A stretch of DNA of 64,000 bases from the NCBI RefSeq assembly GCF_009914755.1, contig NC_060926.1; one strand, given 5' to 3'. Source of the stretch: the human T2T-CHM13v2.0 reference genome, Homo sapiens. Below the pieces are notes generated by a model. The model saw nothing but the letters and a program-made list of their open reading frames with translations. It was not told the origin of the DNA and searched no databases. The position numbers and the translations under genes are program-made. Shown here piece by piece: positions 1-14,809 of this stretch; the first letter of the stretch is position 1, and the number at the start of each line of letters is the position of its first letter.

Positions 1-670
1 TATAATTGATTTTATTAAGTACCAAAAACACTTAAAAGTATTTTAAGAATTTCTTAATTTTATAAATTTAGTCCTTCTTTTAACAAAGGTAGGTTTATTA
101 AATTCTGACTAGAGTTACTAAAAGCCATCCTTGCCAAAGAATTTGCTTATATTTATTTTAAAACCTTATATTTAAAAAGCTGTACTACTTTTTAATACAT
201 TGGAAAGTCAATGTTCACATGCGCACTTTAAAAAGTGGTTTATAATATATGAACATCTGCTCTGCTCTATTCAGAAGATCAACAGGGAAAGTGTGATAGG
301 ATATTAAGTGTTGTCCACATCATTACTGTTACAATGAGTAAGATAAATATTTGAACATAATGGCATAGTTCATCATAAAAACATATTGAGGTTTTTGGGG
401 AATTCATACTGTTTCATTTAAACACAGCAGAAAGTAAAGGCTTGAAGTGTGCATGGAGAAAGGGCTTGAGGAACTGGGAGCTTTTCCCTTACTATGATAT
501 TCAGTAAAGCCCTATTAACTCAGACCCTTCAAAGTTTGAAAATTAAGGTTTTCAGGCATGGTACAATTGATTTGAGGTTAGTAAAAATTTGGGAATAATA
601 TCTTTCCTTGTGATGTATAAAACTATTGCTCATGAGAAAGGAGAATATGGAACAATCAAAGCAAGGATTC

Positions 671-690
671 AAAAAAAAAAAAAAAAAAAA
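671..690 (+). repeat. Isolated (A)20 tract
   Basis: 20 consecutive A; no recognisable Alu or L1 body upstream. Confidence 0.9.
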
Positions 691-789
691 GGAACCAGAA
701 CAAAAAGGAATATGTCTCTGTAAAGGCTGTTAGAGTTTTGAATTCAGGAAGTAGTGTTGACCGGCAAAGGGTCGGGGCATAGATGACAG

Positions 790-915
790 ACACAGGCGAT
801 TGGTATGAGCCCTGGCTGCTTCTCACCATGTACTCTTAGCTGTCATTAGAATCCCTGGGCTTCTGCTTCCTCACCTTTACAGTAAAAGGTGGAAGAGATG
901 ATCATTAATTTTCTT
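790..915 (+). mobile_element. MIR-family SINE fragment
   Basis: ccctggctgcttctcacc...ccctgggcttctgcttcctcacctttacagt...agatgatc resembles a degenerate MIR core. Confidence 0.5.
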
Positions 916-1656
916 GCCAGCTCTCAGAGTTCAAGACTGTAATTTTTATATGCTAAATAATATATGTGTTTAGGACATATTGCTACATAATTGAGATAAA
1001 TGGGCATTTATTCCTGTTCAATAAATCAGGGCTTAGGTAGTATTTCCTCTATAAGTTTTTTTTTCCAGCTTTTCCTATTTTACTTCTTCTTCATAATTAG
1101 AGAAAGCAGCCAACAGATGGATGTTGGTGTCGGATTTGTGACACTGCCCATCTCACCGCTCTAATTTTGTATCCACTTGTTCAATGATGGCAAAGATAGT
1201 ATTTTATATTAATTTAGTACTTAGGCCAGTATTTGTACATAAGTACTAAATAGATAACAAGATATTTAAACCTAACACAAAATTTTATATGTAACTTAAA
1301 ATGTGTTTACAAATAAACATTTTTTTCCATCTCTCTGTTTCTTTAAGCCTGTCAGGATTAGCCACATGTGATTAGCTAGTTGGCTCATAAACAAAGTTGC
1401 AAGTAATATTTTTTTAGCTTCTAAAAGAGTACATCACATAAGCTACTGGAGATCTGAAAGAAAGTATGAGAATTTCTCTCTCTGTTTTTGTTTTGCCTTT
1501 TTGAAATTTTTATTTTTCCATACATTTTATAAAATACACCACCTTTTTATAGAGCTTGACAGATTTGCTATTTGAAAGTAAATACTGAGGATAGATTTAA
1601 ATTGCATGTACTATAGGTAGACATGTTCAAGAAAGTTGGGGATTTACTCTCTAAAA

Positions 1657-1925
1657 CTGTGTTGTCCCATGGAGACATAAGCCACATGCATAATTTAAAT
1701 TTCCTGGTAGATAAATTAACAGAAAATCAGTAAAATCATATATCCAACATATCTCAAATGTCCTTTAATAGGTAAACAATATACATTTATTAATGCTACA
1801 TTTCATATTCATATATTTATTTATTTATTTACTAATCTTGGAAATCCAATGTGTATTTTATACTTACAACGTATCTCTGGACCAGCTGCACTCCAAGTGC
1901 TCAGTAGTTACGTGCAGCTAAGCAG
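1657..1925 (+). mobile_element. MER33-like hAT-Charlie DNA transposon fossil
   Basis: ctgtgttgtcc...agccacatgcataatttaaattt...gaaatccaatgtgtattttatacttaca...caagtgctcagtag matches the recalled MER33 consensus. Confidence 0.75.
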
Positions 1926-2639
1926 TTCAGTTCTCAAAGCCACGCAAAGAAGCTCTTTCTCCAATTGGTTTGGTCTTGGCTCTCCTTCTTGTTATAGTTT
2001 TCTCCCTTCCTCTGAAATTTCATATGATAGCCCCATTCTCATGTCAGTCTCTGAACCTTTGTGACTTGGGCTACGCACAACAAATTTAGCCTCCTGGTCT
2101 CAGTGCTGCTGCCTTGCCCTGTCTCTGCCACCTACTTGGGTACTGAAGACTGTCCACCACTTCCTCCAGGAAGCACCATCTCTATGGGTTCCTGCCTACA
2201 AGAAGTTCAGACTTTGCTTACAAACATTTAGCCATGTCTAATCACTGATATTCTTAATCAATCATCAAATTGCAGCTGTCTCTTAATAGTTTACATAACT
2301 CAGTAGCTCTCAAATTATGCTTGTCTGAGTTGGATTATGGTTTTCCATTACCCAACTCCAGTAATGGGGGTTGCTTTCTAATTTATAGAAAATTTAAACG
2401 AATTTTAAAAAATTAATAGAAGGAATGCCCCAATGTAACTTTTAAATTTTACCCCTATAGCATATTTCTAAGAAAATTTTTTCTACTAATATTTCTCTTC
2501 AATTAGTACTAGTTGGCAGTGAAATAAATTTAATGCAGAGTAAATAATGTTAATGACAAACACTATCAGGTATTTTTTAGAAACATTATTTGCAATTTCT
2601 TTACAGTAGTGTATTTTGACATTTGCCAATCCATTAGTC

Positions 2640-2760
2640 CATTAGAATGTAAGTCTCAGACTAGAGGAACTTTTTATGCTTTTTAAACTACAGTGTCGCT
2701 ACTTCTAGAATGTCTAGCACACATTAGGCTTGCAGTAAATATTTATTAATAAAATGAATT
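2640..2760 (+). mobile_element. L2 LINE 3' end fragment
   Basis: attagaatgtaag...tctagcacacattaggcttgcagtaaatatttattaataaaatgaat is a typical L2 3' terminus. Confidence 0.6.
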
Positions 2761-4581
2761 TTAAAGTCATCTTTTCTAGTCATAAATTTGTTCTTGCAGG
2801 TAGAAAGCTTCATGGAGCATTTCCACAAACAGTGCTATTATTATCAGGTGTTTCATGACCAAACTAGTTACAGCATCACTTGTGAAAAGCACCTCGACAT
2901 TTTAAAGACAGCTCTAGGAGGGCCTCGTCACTTGAGGAAAGTTGGTTGTGTGTGCCTTGAGGACAACAGGGCTTCAGTATTTAGTCTTTCTCAGCTTCTT
3001 TTGAGTAAGAGAGCTACCTTTACCCAGAGTCAGCATTCTTCCATGGCCCTATCTTATTCATGTGGCTTCACAGCTCTTAAGAACAAAAGCAGAAAGAGAA
3101 AGGAAAGATGGTGTCAATCTCCTTATCTAAGTGAAAAAGTCAACGTTTTTTTTTAAATTTAATCTATTTCCCATTACCTTGGCAACAATTATGTTTGTTG
3201 CTTTATGTTCCCCCAGATAAAGAAATCATCTACCTTCATAGCTCTTTTCATCTTCTCGCCAGTGAGATAAACATGTTACATTTTCCTCCCTTACAGGTAC
3301 ATCTTCATCTGTTTTCTTTGTAGAAAAGTTAGAATGTAAAACAGAGCATGATGTATATTCATATAGAAATATCAAGTGGTTTCACATATACTTTTTGAAA
3401 ATTGTAATTTTATGTATTGTTACTCCATTTTGTATACTGGATCTCATTGTATATTAATGTGTTCAATGAATTCTAATTTAGATAATCATATTCGATAAAA
3501 TAAATTGCATCACTCTGGTGAAACACCTTTTTCTCCATGCCTCTTTGCCTTTTATTCTGTTTCTATTCTACTTGTGTTCACTTTATAAGCTTAATGTAAA
3601 ATCACTTCTTTATGTGCTTCATATTTGAGAATGTTGTTGTGGTAAAAGGGACATATTGTTTGGATTAGGAGGGAAGAAAAACAAATTGCATTAGAAGCCT
3701 GCAAGAAAATAAATGCGTTCTTGGACTGTACTTCAGTTACACACTTGAGTATCCTCTGAGATAACTAGAGTTGCTTACTTGTGGTCAGCACTTGAGGTCA
3801 GTGGGCCAGGTGGGGTTTGAGGATGGGGTGAATGAGCATGGGGAGTTTATAGGCATTCAAGCTACAGAAATCCAAAGGCAGAATGCTTTACAAACAATTT
3901 TTTTTTCTGGAGAAAGGAGGTATTAATTGGGGAAATAATGAAGTGGATACTTGGTGAATTAGAGGAGTTCATTAAAAAAATAAAATAAAATGAAGATATT
4001 ATCCAGGAATAATTTTTCTAGATCTTTCCTATGATTTATTTCATTCTATCATCCCAGCATTTTACCCTAAAATGTCTGGAAAGGCAAGTGGACACAATCC
4101 ATTAGCAGAATGCCAGCTAACTTACCACACACGTACAAAGTCTAGAGAGCAAACCAAGGTTTAATTTTTCAGTACCTTTTGGCTCCGGCGAAGTCAGTGT
4201 CAAATGTAGCTTCTCCTTCGATCTTCCTTTTCCTATTCTGACAGCTTTGCCCTGGCCTCCTGCTACTCAGCCCCACCACTATCCTATTCTGTTTGGCACT
4301 GTGTGATCAAGATGGTTGAGGCATCACTCCTTCCCCTTAGCATTCTCCACTGGGGATGCTAAGAGGTTTGTTTTTGTGAGCACACAATTCTCCATGGAGG
4401 AAGTGCTAGGTATTTTAGATTGGCCAATATAGATTTTTCCATGAGACAAACTTTCTACTTGCCATTAAGCATCATCTCTCATAGCTGAAGTTCAAATGGT
4501 TATTACATTAAAACACTTCCTTCTCTGAAGTGGGAGGGGGAATAATTAGAGTTAATGAGACAGAAAACTCTGGGTTACTGT

Positions 4582-4720
4582 TCATTCATTTGTTGAACAT
4601 TTAATAAGACTTACCTGTCACCATTCTATATACTGGAATATTAAAATTAATCTAATGTTGTCCTTTTTCTCAAGATTTCTTTTTTTATGGGGACAGCAAA
4701 CATGTAAGTAGATGAGTCAT
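4582..4720 (-). mobile_element. L2 3' end fragment
   Basis: ttcattcatttgttgaacatttaataag...cattcta...ctggaatat is a reverse L2 tail. Confidence 0.5.
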
Positions 4721-5496
4721 ATTGCAATGATCTAAATATATATAACAGAGTCTAAGTGAAAGACTATAAGGGCTAAATTATTTAATATTTCAGCAGGGAA
4801 AAAAAGTTGGGAGCTGAATATTTCAGGTAGCAATTTACCTGGAGAATCAGGGGACAATAGAGGCATCACTCTTTTAGCTACACTGTCCATGTGGTTCCCA
4901 CAAAATTAAATATGATGATTAATCAACGTATCCCCACCCCACTGTGTTTAAAGCATGCCTTTGGAGAATATTTCTACAAATATGGGAGGGGCTTTATTAG
5001 AATTACGGAAACCTGTTTAATTATTGACCACTACTTTGAGAATCAGGACCAATTTAAATAAGGAAGAATGGGTCAAACACTAAACTTGATTTTATAAAGC
5101 CCTGGAATAAAATTCTTGGTCTATAGCTATCTTTTGTGACAGCTTAAAAAAAAAAGTTTCTACAAGGTATTTGGCATGTCCGCAGTTAAGGATGAAGAAA
5201 CAGTAAATGTTTTAAATTATGGCTAGTTGCTTTATAGAAAGAAGTGGAACTTTTTGAATAGCAGAGGAGTGAAAAAAATTAGGATAAAATAGTTTAAATT
5301 GTTTTAAATTTTTTTCTTTTTTTAAAATAAAAATTACTTTGAAAAAATAATTTTTATTAATTGTTCACTCATTGTTGCTAGCAAGATAATTTTATTTAAA
5401 ATGATTAAAAGACTATGAAATATCAACTCAAATGAAGAATTGCACCCACTGAACTGATGTCACTAAGCATTCCTGAATGCATAGCATGTCTGGAAT

Positions 5497-5620
5497 TTTT
5501 TTTTATTTTTCTTGTACAGATGGGGGTTTTATTATGTTGCCCAGGCTAGTTTGAAACTCCTAGCCTTAAGCAATCTTCTTGCCATGGCCTTCCAAAATGC
5601 TGGGATTAGAGGCATAAGCC
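5497..5620 (-). mobile_element. FLAM / Alu left-monomer fragment
   Basis: T-run then cagatggggg...tgttgcccaggctagtttgaaactcctagccttaagcaatc...ccaaaatgctgggattagaggcataagcca. Confidence 0.85.
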
Positions 5621-5779
5621 AATTTACAATTTTTACATTTTTAAAATTTTAAATTTTATAATTTAAAAAATTACCATTATCCCTCCAAAGTAATGACTCC
5701 AACATTACTCTCATGGCATCGTGAAAAGAGTGGTATTGGATCCTGGATATACTATGTCATTTCTGTGTCATCATGTGTA

Positions 5780-6250
5780 AGGTATTCTTGATCTTCAGTT
5801 ACATAATCTATTAGGTGGTCTTTATAATACCTTTTTGATAGGTGCATTAGTCCATTTTCACATTGCTGATAAAGGCATACCCAAGACTGGGCAATTTACA
5901 AAAGAAAGAGGTTTATTGGGCTCACAGTTCCACATGGGTGGGAAGACCTCACAATCATGGTGGAAGGTGAAAGGCACTTTTTACATGGTGGCAGCAAGAG
6001 AGAAAAGAGCTTTTGAAGAGAAACTCCCCTTTTTAAAACCATCAGATCTTGTGAGACTTATTTGCTATATGAGAACAGCATGTGAAAGATCTGGCCGCAT
6101 GATTCAGTTACCTCCCACTGGGTCTCTCCCACAACACATTGGAAATTATGGGAGCTACAAGATGAGACTTGGGTGGGGACACAGAGCCAAAGCATATCAA
6201 TAAGTTTGTTGTGAGAATTAAATGTAATGACCTATGAACAGTGCCTAATA
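5780..6250 (+). mobile_element. MIR interrupted by a THE1 LTR
   Basis: ataatacctttttgatagg before the LTR joins to ttgttgtgagaattaaatgtaat...agtgcctaa after it, forming the MIR core. Confidence 0.6.
5843..6199 (-). mobile_element. Solo THE1 (THE1D-like) MaLR LTR
   Basis: Reverse strand starts tgatatgctttggctctgtgtccccaccc and ends ggactaatgca; 5-bp TSD atagg/ataag. Confidence 0.9.
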
Positions 6251-6880
6251 TACAAACCTAAGCACTTGCCTGGATGACAAAAATTTGTCCCCAATTTCTT
6301 CTTTCTCTGGCCTCAAAGTTTTGAACTAGTTATCCAATTAAAAGTTGAGTATAACAGATGAACTAGCTCTGCGTTCTTCAAAGACTCTGGTTGCATATAT
6401 GCTTTAAGGTGTATTCAGAAAATTTGAGCAAGTTAAAGAGAAAGAAGAATTGGTGAGCACCTTTCAGAGTAGTTTTCTTCTATACTACTATAGATGAAGA
6501 TAAAGGATAAGGGTAAAGGAGACAGACAAGAACACAGACTTGTGAAATATGATAGAACCATTACAATGTAATCATTACACTTAATGATTGTGTATGGGAA
6601 TGCTAGTAAGGGTAGCATTAACATTAGCTTCCCAGGATGAAAGCTGAGTAAATTCTAGGTTTGGAGGGTAAGAGGCATTTTTGCCAATTTTCAGATGCAG
6701 AGAAATATCAAATAATTTTGGCACTGTAAACTGGAAAAAAAGCTGAAATGACAAGAATGCCCTTACAACACAAACCTCTTCTGGTCATTTACATATTCTA
6801 CAAGAAAATACCATGATGATGTCGTTCTGTCTTCAGCATCTTATAAAATAGGATTCATCTAATCTTAAAAAATTCTGAAT

Positions 6881-8106
6881 GATTGTGGTTTTGATTTGCA
6901 TTTCCCTGGTAATTAGTGATGTTGAGCATTTTTTCATATGTTTGCTGGCAATTTGTACATCTTTTTAAAATAATTGTCAGTTCATGCCCTTAGCCTGTTT
7001 TTTGATGGGATTGTTTGTTTTTTTCTTGCTAATTGGTTTGAGTTCCTTGTAGATTCTGGATATTAGTCCTTTGTCAGATGTATAGATCGTGAAGATTTAC
7101 TCCCACTCTCTGGATTGTCTGTTTACTCTGCTGATTGTTTCTTTTGCTGTGCCGAAACTTTGTAGTTTAATTAAATCCCACCTATTTATTATTGTTTTTG
7201 TTACATTTGCTTTTGGTTTCTTGGTCATGAAGTCTTTGCCTAAGCCAATGTCCAGAAGGGTTTTTCTGATGTTATCTTCTAGAATTTTTATGGCCTCAGG
7301 TCTTAGATTTAAGTTCTTGACCCATCTGGAGTTTATTTTTCTATAAGATGAGAGATAAGGATTCAGTTTCATTTATTCTTGCAATAATGGCCATAATAAA
7401 AAATATAATAGATGTTGGTGGCGATGTGGTGAAAAGGGAACACTCTTATACGCTGGTGGGAATGTAAACTAGTACAACCACTATGGAGAACAGTGTGGAG
7501 ATTCCTTAAAGAACTGAAAGTAGAACTACCATTAGATCCAGTAATCCCACTACTGGGTTTCCATCCAGAGGAAAAGAAGTCATTATACAACAAAGATTCT
7601 TGCACATGCATGTTTTTAGCAGCACAATTCGCAACTGCAAAAATACAGAATCAGTCCAAGTGCCCATCAATCAATAAGTGGATAAAGAAATTGTGGTATG
7701 TGTACACACACACACACACACACACACATACATACCATGGGATACTATTCAGCCATAAAAAAGACCAAAATAATGGCATTCACAGCAACCTGGATGGAAT
7801 TGGACACCATTATTCTAAGTGAAGTAACTCAGGAATGGAAGATGAAACATCATATATTCTCACTCATAAGTGGGAGCTAAGCTATGAGTATTCAAAGGCA
7901 TAAGAATGATACAATAGACTTTGGGGACTTGGGGAAAATGGTGGGGGTGGTGAGGGATGAAAGACTACAAATTTGGTACAGTGTAAACTGTTTAGGTGTT
8001 GGGTGCACCAATATCTCACAAATCATCACTAAAGAACATACTCATATAACCAAACACCACATGTTCCCCCAAAACCTATGGAAATGAAAACTTAAATAAA
8101 ATAATA

Positions 8107-8137
<31 letters not shown>

Positions 8138-8139
8138 AA
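6881..8139. mobile_element. L1PB-type LINE-1 3' fragment with 5' inversion (minus 6881-7372, plus 7373-8139)
   Basis: ORF2 peptide on minus ([24 protein letters not shown]) then on plus ([21 protein letters not shown]); L1PB 3'UTR; (TAAA)n tail; TSD aaaattctga(a/g)t at a TT|AAAA site. Confidence 0.92.
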
Positions 8140-8671
8140 TTCTGAGTAAAAAATACTTCTCTTAAGACAGGGAGATCCCTCAGAACACAGGCAGGTTGTA
8201 CTGCATCCATGGACAGATATGTGTTACATCTGCAGAGTTATGTTGTACTCCTGAAGATGTGTGGGTCAACAAAAGAGCTATGCGTGGCTGTTTCATTTTG
8301 GTGAGACCTTGTTAAGGCCAGGCTTAGGAGCGCTAGGAAGAGGGGAGGTAAAGTGACCACATTGCTCTCCATGTTCACTCAGAGCTGGATAAATCTAAGG
8401 GCTTGAGAGGGTAATGATGTTACTAGCGGTAAGCAGAGCAGGGCGAGAGTATTAATACCCAGGGGAAGGAAACATGAGGCTAGAACACTGGATGACATTG
8501 TTGAGAATGAAAAGTGTCATATGGAGACTTTGCAGTTGCAAAGCATGGGTGGATCCTAACAGACTAAGCCCACTTCAAATGTAGCCCCAGCTTCAATTCC
8601 CAGCACACTCTTCTCTGGGATTAACCATCATCTGGTAGAGGCAATATAAAAAGCCTACTGCCCATGTTTTC

Positions 8672-9270
8672 TCAGAATTATATTCACAACAGCAAAGATA
8701 TGGAAGCAACAAAAGTGTCTGTTGACAGATGAATGGATAAAGAGTATGTTTTACGTATACACAATGGAATACTATTCAGGTTAAAAACAAAGGGCATTTG
8801 TGACAACATGGGTGGACCAGGAGGACATTATGTTAAGTGTAAGCCAAGCTCAGAAAGACAGTTTTATTACATGATCTCACTCATATGTGGGAGCTAAGAA
8901 AGTCAACTCACACAAGCAGGGAGTAGAATAGTGGTTACCAGGGACTGGGAGAGGGGTGAACCACTGAGGAGGTGTTGGCAAAAGGGCACAACATTTCAGT
9001 TAGACAGGAGGGATAAGTTCAAGAGATCTGTTGTATGACATAGTGATTATAGTTAATAGCAATAGATCATGTATTTGAAAATTGCTTAGAAATTAGATTT
9101 TTTTAAGTGCTCTCACTATAAAACCAAAATGAAAAATATGTAATGCATATGTTAATTCAATTGATAGTTATAATGTGTACAAATTTCAAAACACCATGTT
9201 TTAAACCATAAATATATACAAGTTTCATTTGTTAATTCAAATGAATAAATAAATAATGTTGGAAAAGAAA
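8672..9270 (+). mobile_element. L1MA (L1MA6-9-like) 3' end
   Basis: ttcacaacagcaaagatatggaagcaac...cagttagacaggagggataagttcaagagatct...aataaa. Confidence 0.85.
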
Positions 9271-10494
9271 ATAAATAATCAAATCTACTGCCACTGGTTC
9301 TCTTGCTCAAGATTAGATATCTTCTATTTTGGAGGATTTACAGAGGAGTTTTGGGCCAGATTTTCCTCGTGCCTCAGTGTTTGCTTTTTGGGCTTCCACT
9401 AATTGCTCCCTCATTCTTTTCTCCCACGGTTTATAGACTTGATCTTGAAATTGATCTAGAATAAGTTTTTTTGCAAAGCTGAAAGTCTCAATTTTCAAGA
9501 TACTCCATAAATGATATGGCCCTGTGGTCTTTACAGGTTTTATTTTAATAACCTCTAAAGAATATGTGAAAACATGAATATCCTTGTATTTCTCTTATCC
9601 ATAAATACTATCATTGCCAATGGTATATATGTTGCTGTCTTGAAATATCAATGTTTTAAAATAAAGCTGTTATATGTCTTTTAAATGTATACAGTGGAAT
9701 ATCAGTACCATACTAATAGGGTACCAGTAACTATTAATTTAAGTATGAAAAAGTCTTTAAAAGTCAAAAATTTTATATGGCTTTATTTTTTCTTAACCTT
9801 ATATTCTCTTTATTTTATCAGAATTTAATCCTAATGTAATTTATTACCAAAAGTATTTTATCACCTTCTTATGCATCTCTGCAGTAAAAATATACCTATA
9901 TATTTAAATTTAGACGTTTGTATTTCTTGTGACCATAAGGCCTTAAGAATTTTTTTTCTTTTTAATTAAAGTTGTCTTCATAATTGCTAATAATACATAC
10001 TGATTAAACAACATCATACTATAAATTTGGATAAATAATTATTAAACATAAAAAGTAAACTTTTAAATTTGATGCATGTTTTAAAGATGTGGATTTTTTT
10101 AAATTAATTCATGCACCCACAAATAAACAATACTAAATGCTGAAACAAGACAGGGCTTGGTGCAAGTTAACAAAAAAAAGAAAATAAAGTTTAGACTACA
10201 TTAACTCTAAGTCTTAAAAAGGTGAATTAATAATTGTTGATGATGCATTATTTACGGTAAAATGAACTATATAGTCTCACTAATTATTCCAGATTTAATT
10301 AGTTCATGCCAGGAATAAATACATGAGCAGATAAAAGTTTAGATAATTACAGAGTGTCGGATACTTTATAACAAGCAACTATGACTAAAAATTTAGAAAA
10401 TACGATGATCTTTTGGGAAAAGTTAATAAAAAATATTTCTTCTACATATTTGAATACATACTTAATATAAAACACTCAGTTATTTATTTTTCTA

Positions 10495-10773
10495 ATTAAT
10501 TAATTAATCATTTTAAAGACAGAGTCCCACTCTGTTGCCCAGGCTGGAATGTAGTGGTGCAATCATAGCTCAGTGAAGCCACAAACTCCTGTGCTCAAGC
10601 AATCCTCCTGGCTCAAACTGCTGAGTACCTGGGACTACAGGCATGAGCCATCACACTCAAATAATTATTTTATTTTTTATAGAGACAGGATCTTGCTCTG
10701 CTGCCCAGGTTGGTCTCACACTCCTGGCCTCTCGAAGTGTTGGGATTACAGGTTTGACCTACTGTGTCTAGCC
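10495..10773 (-). mobile_element. AluJ
   Basis: Diverged dimeric Alu with AluJ-type gcaatcatagctca and ctcaagcaatcctcc. Confidence 0.9.
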
Positions 10774-11351
10774 TCACTTATTTCTAACATATGCTCTTAT
10801 TACTCAATGACTTTAGTTGATTCAAAGAAAGTAAACGCTGTGCTTTTAATCACCTCTTCTTTGAAATCATGCAGGATTTTCAACTGAGATACAAACCAAA
10901 ACAAGAATAAATGAAAGAATACACAAATATGCAAAAGATGAAATTGCAGTGAAAACACACATTCTGTCAGATTGGTAATATTCAGCATCGTTGTTATAAT
11001 TCTTGACTATGTTATGTCTACACACCAAAATAGTCTACATACATAAATTGATAAGGACACAGTCTTGGCATGAATTTGTTGTCTGAAAGAAGCAAAGCAC
11101 TGTCACCTTTAATTGTTCTTGAGAACATTGTTTTTGCTTTGCTCATATGAGACTCTCTCTTTGAAGCAATGAATTCTTTGACAACTCTTAAAAGATGGAA
11201 GGACTCTTATTTTAACTTATGGTTTCTTCATTAAAAGAGATCCAGGTGACTTTAATATTTCAAATGATCTAATATTTTGGTATGCTGGTGTTCTCTTTTG
11301 TTTTTGTATTTTTATACTCCAGATTTACAACAGTTTCAATCTAGATTTTGC

Positions 11352-11616
11352 TTTTTTTTCTTTTTTGAGTACAATGGCGTGATCTCGGCTCACTGCAATC
11401 TCTGTCTTCAGGGTTCAAGTGATTCTTCTGCCTCAGCCTCCCAAGTAGCTGGAATTACAGGCACCTGCCACCATACCTAGCTAATTTTGTATTTTTAGTA
11501 GAGACAGGGTTTCACCATGTTGCCCAGGCTGGTCTTGAACTCCTGACGTCAGGTGATCCACCCACCTCTGCCTCCCAAAATGCTGGGATTACAGGCATAA
11601 GCCACCACGCCTGGCC
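11352..11616 (-). mobile_element. AluS (Sq/Sx-like) with ~30-bp deletion near its 3' end
   Basis: Alu body flanked by TSD gattttgctttt (11344-11355 / 11617-11628). Confidence 0.92.
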
Positions 11617-11649
11617 GATTTTGCTTTTCTTTTGCAATATTTATATGCT

Positions 11650-13500
<1,851 letters not shown>

Positions 13501-13631
13501 GATTCTGTATCAGAACCATATGTAGAAGTGACAAAAAGATTCAGTGTGTCTGCGGGGACTAAAGGAACCTGTGTTTTTAAAAACTGACCAAATAATTTAA
13601 TGCCATCAGGTAGAAATGACTGTACTCGATT

Positions 13632-13962
13632 TGATATGGTTTGGCTGTATCCCCACCCAAATGTCATCTTCTATTCCCACATGTTATGGGAGGGAACCAG
13701 TGGGAGGTGACTGAATCATGAGGGCGGTTCTCTCCTGTCCTTTTCTTGTGATAGTAAATAAGTCTCTTGAGATCTGATGGCTTTATAGGGTGGAGTTTCC
13801 CTGTACAAGCTTTCTTTTTGCCTTGCTTCTCCTTTCCTTCTGCCATGATTGTGAGGCTTCCACAGCCACATGGAACTGTGAGTTATCCATTAAATCTCTT
13901 TCTTTTGTAAATGCCCAGTCTCATGTATGTTCTTATCAGCTTTATGAAAACATATTAATACA
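13632..13962 (+). mobile_element. THE1C-like 5' LTR
   Basis: tgatatggtttggctgtatccccacccaaat...attaaa...taataca. Confidence 0.9.
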
Positions 13963-14809
13963 GCAAATTTGAATCAGTAGAGTGGGACATTGCTGAAAGG
14001 ATACCTGAAAATGTGAAGCAACTTTGGAACTGGATAACAGGCAGAGGTTGGAACAGTTTGGATGGCTCCGAAGAAGACAGAAAAATGTGGGAAAGTTTGG
14101 AACTTCCTAGAGACTTGTTGAATGGCTTTGACAAAAATGCTCATAGTGATATGAACAATAAGGTCCAGGCTGAGGTAGTCCCAGAGGAAGATGAGGAACT
14201 TGTTGGGAACTGGAGAAAAGGTGACTCTTGTTATGCTTTAGCAAAAAGCCTGCTGGCATTTTTCCCTGCCCTAGAGATTTGTGTAACTTTGAACTTGTGA
14301 GAGATGATTTCGGGTATCTGGTGGAAGACTATTTAAGAGGTGACTTGTGTGCTGTTAAAGGCATTCAATTTTAAAGAAAAACAGAGCATAAAAGTTAGGT
14401 TAATTTGCAGCCTGACAATGCAATAGAAAAGAAAATCCCATTTTCTGAGGAGAACTTCAAGCTCGCTGTAGAAATTTGCATAAGTAACAAAGATCTGAAT
14501 GTTAATCCCCAAGACAATAGGGAAAATGTCTCCATGGCATATCAGAGGTCTTCATGGCAGCCCATCCCATCACAAGCCCAGAGGCCTATCAAAAAAAAAA
14601 GAAATGGTTTCATGGGCCAGGCCCAGGATCCCCATGCTGAGTGCGACTGAGGGACTTGGTGGTCTGGCTCCCAGTCGCTCCAGGTGTGGATGTGAGGGGC
14701 CAACATAGAGCTCAAGCCATGGCTTCAGAGGGTGCAAGCCTCAAGCCTTGGTAGCTTCCACATGGTGTTGAGCCTGCGAGTGCACAGAAATCAAGAATTG
14801 GGGTTTGGG
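13963..14809 (+). mobile_element. THE1 internal region, 5' part
   Basis: MaLR-int sequence; decayed ORF GRGWNSLDGSEEDRKMWESLELPRDLLNGFD. Confidence 0.9.

Noticed and set aside
1-500. AT-rich segment resembling a 3' UTR or exon
   Set aside because: No upstream context or coding frame, and AATAAA and splice-like words are frequent by chance at this AT content
671-690. Orphan poly(A) as a retrocopy tail
   Set aside because: No convincing TSD or identifiable retroposed body upstream
2788-3156. 122-aa ORF with an acceptor-like ttgttcttgcag at 2799
   Set aside because: Non-ATG start, no recognisable domain and no partner exons; this length can arise by chance
9313-9498. 61-aa charged, protein-looking ORF on the minus strand
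   Set aside because: No family recognised, no poly(A)/TSD of a processed pseudogene and a non-ATG start
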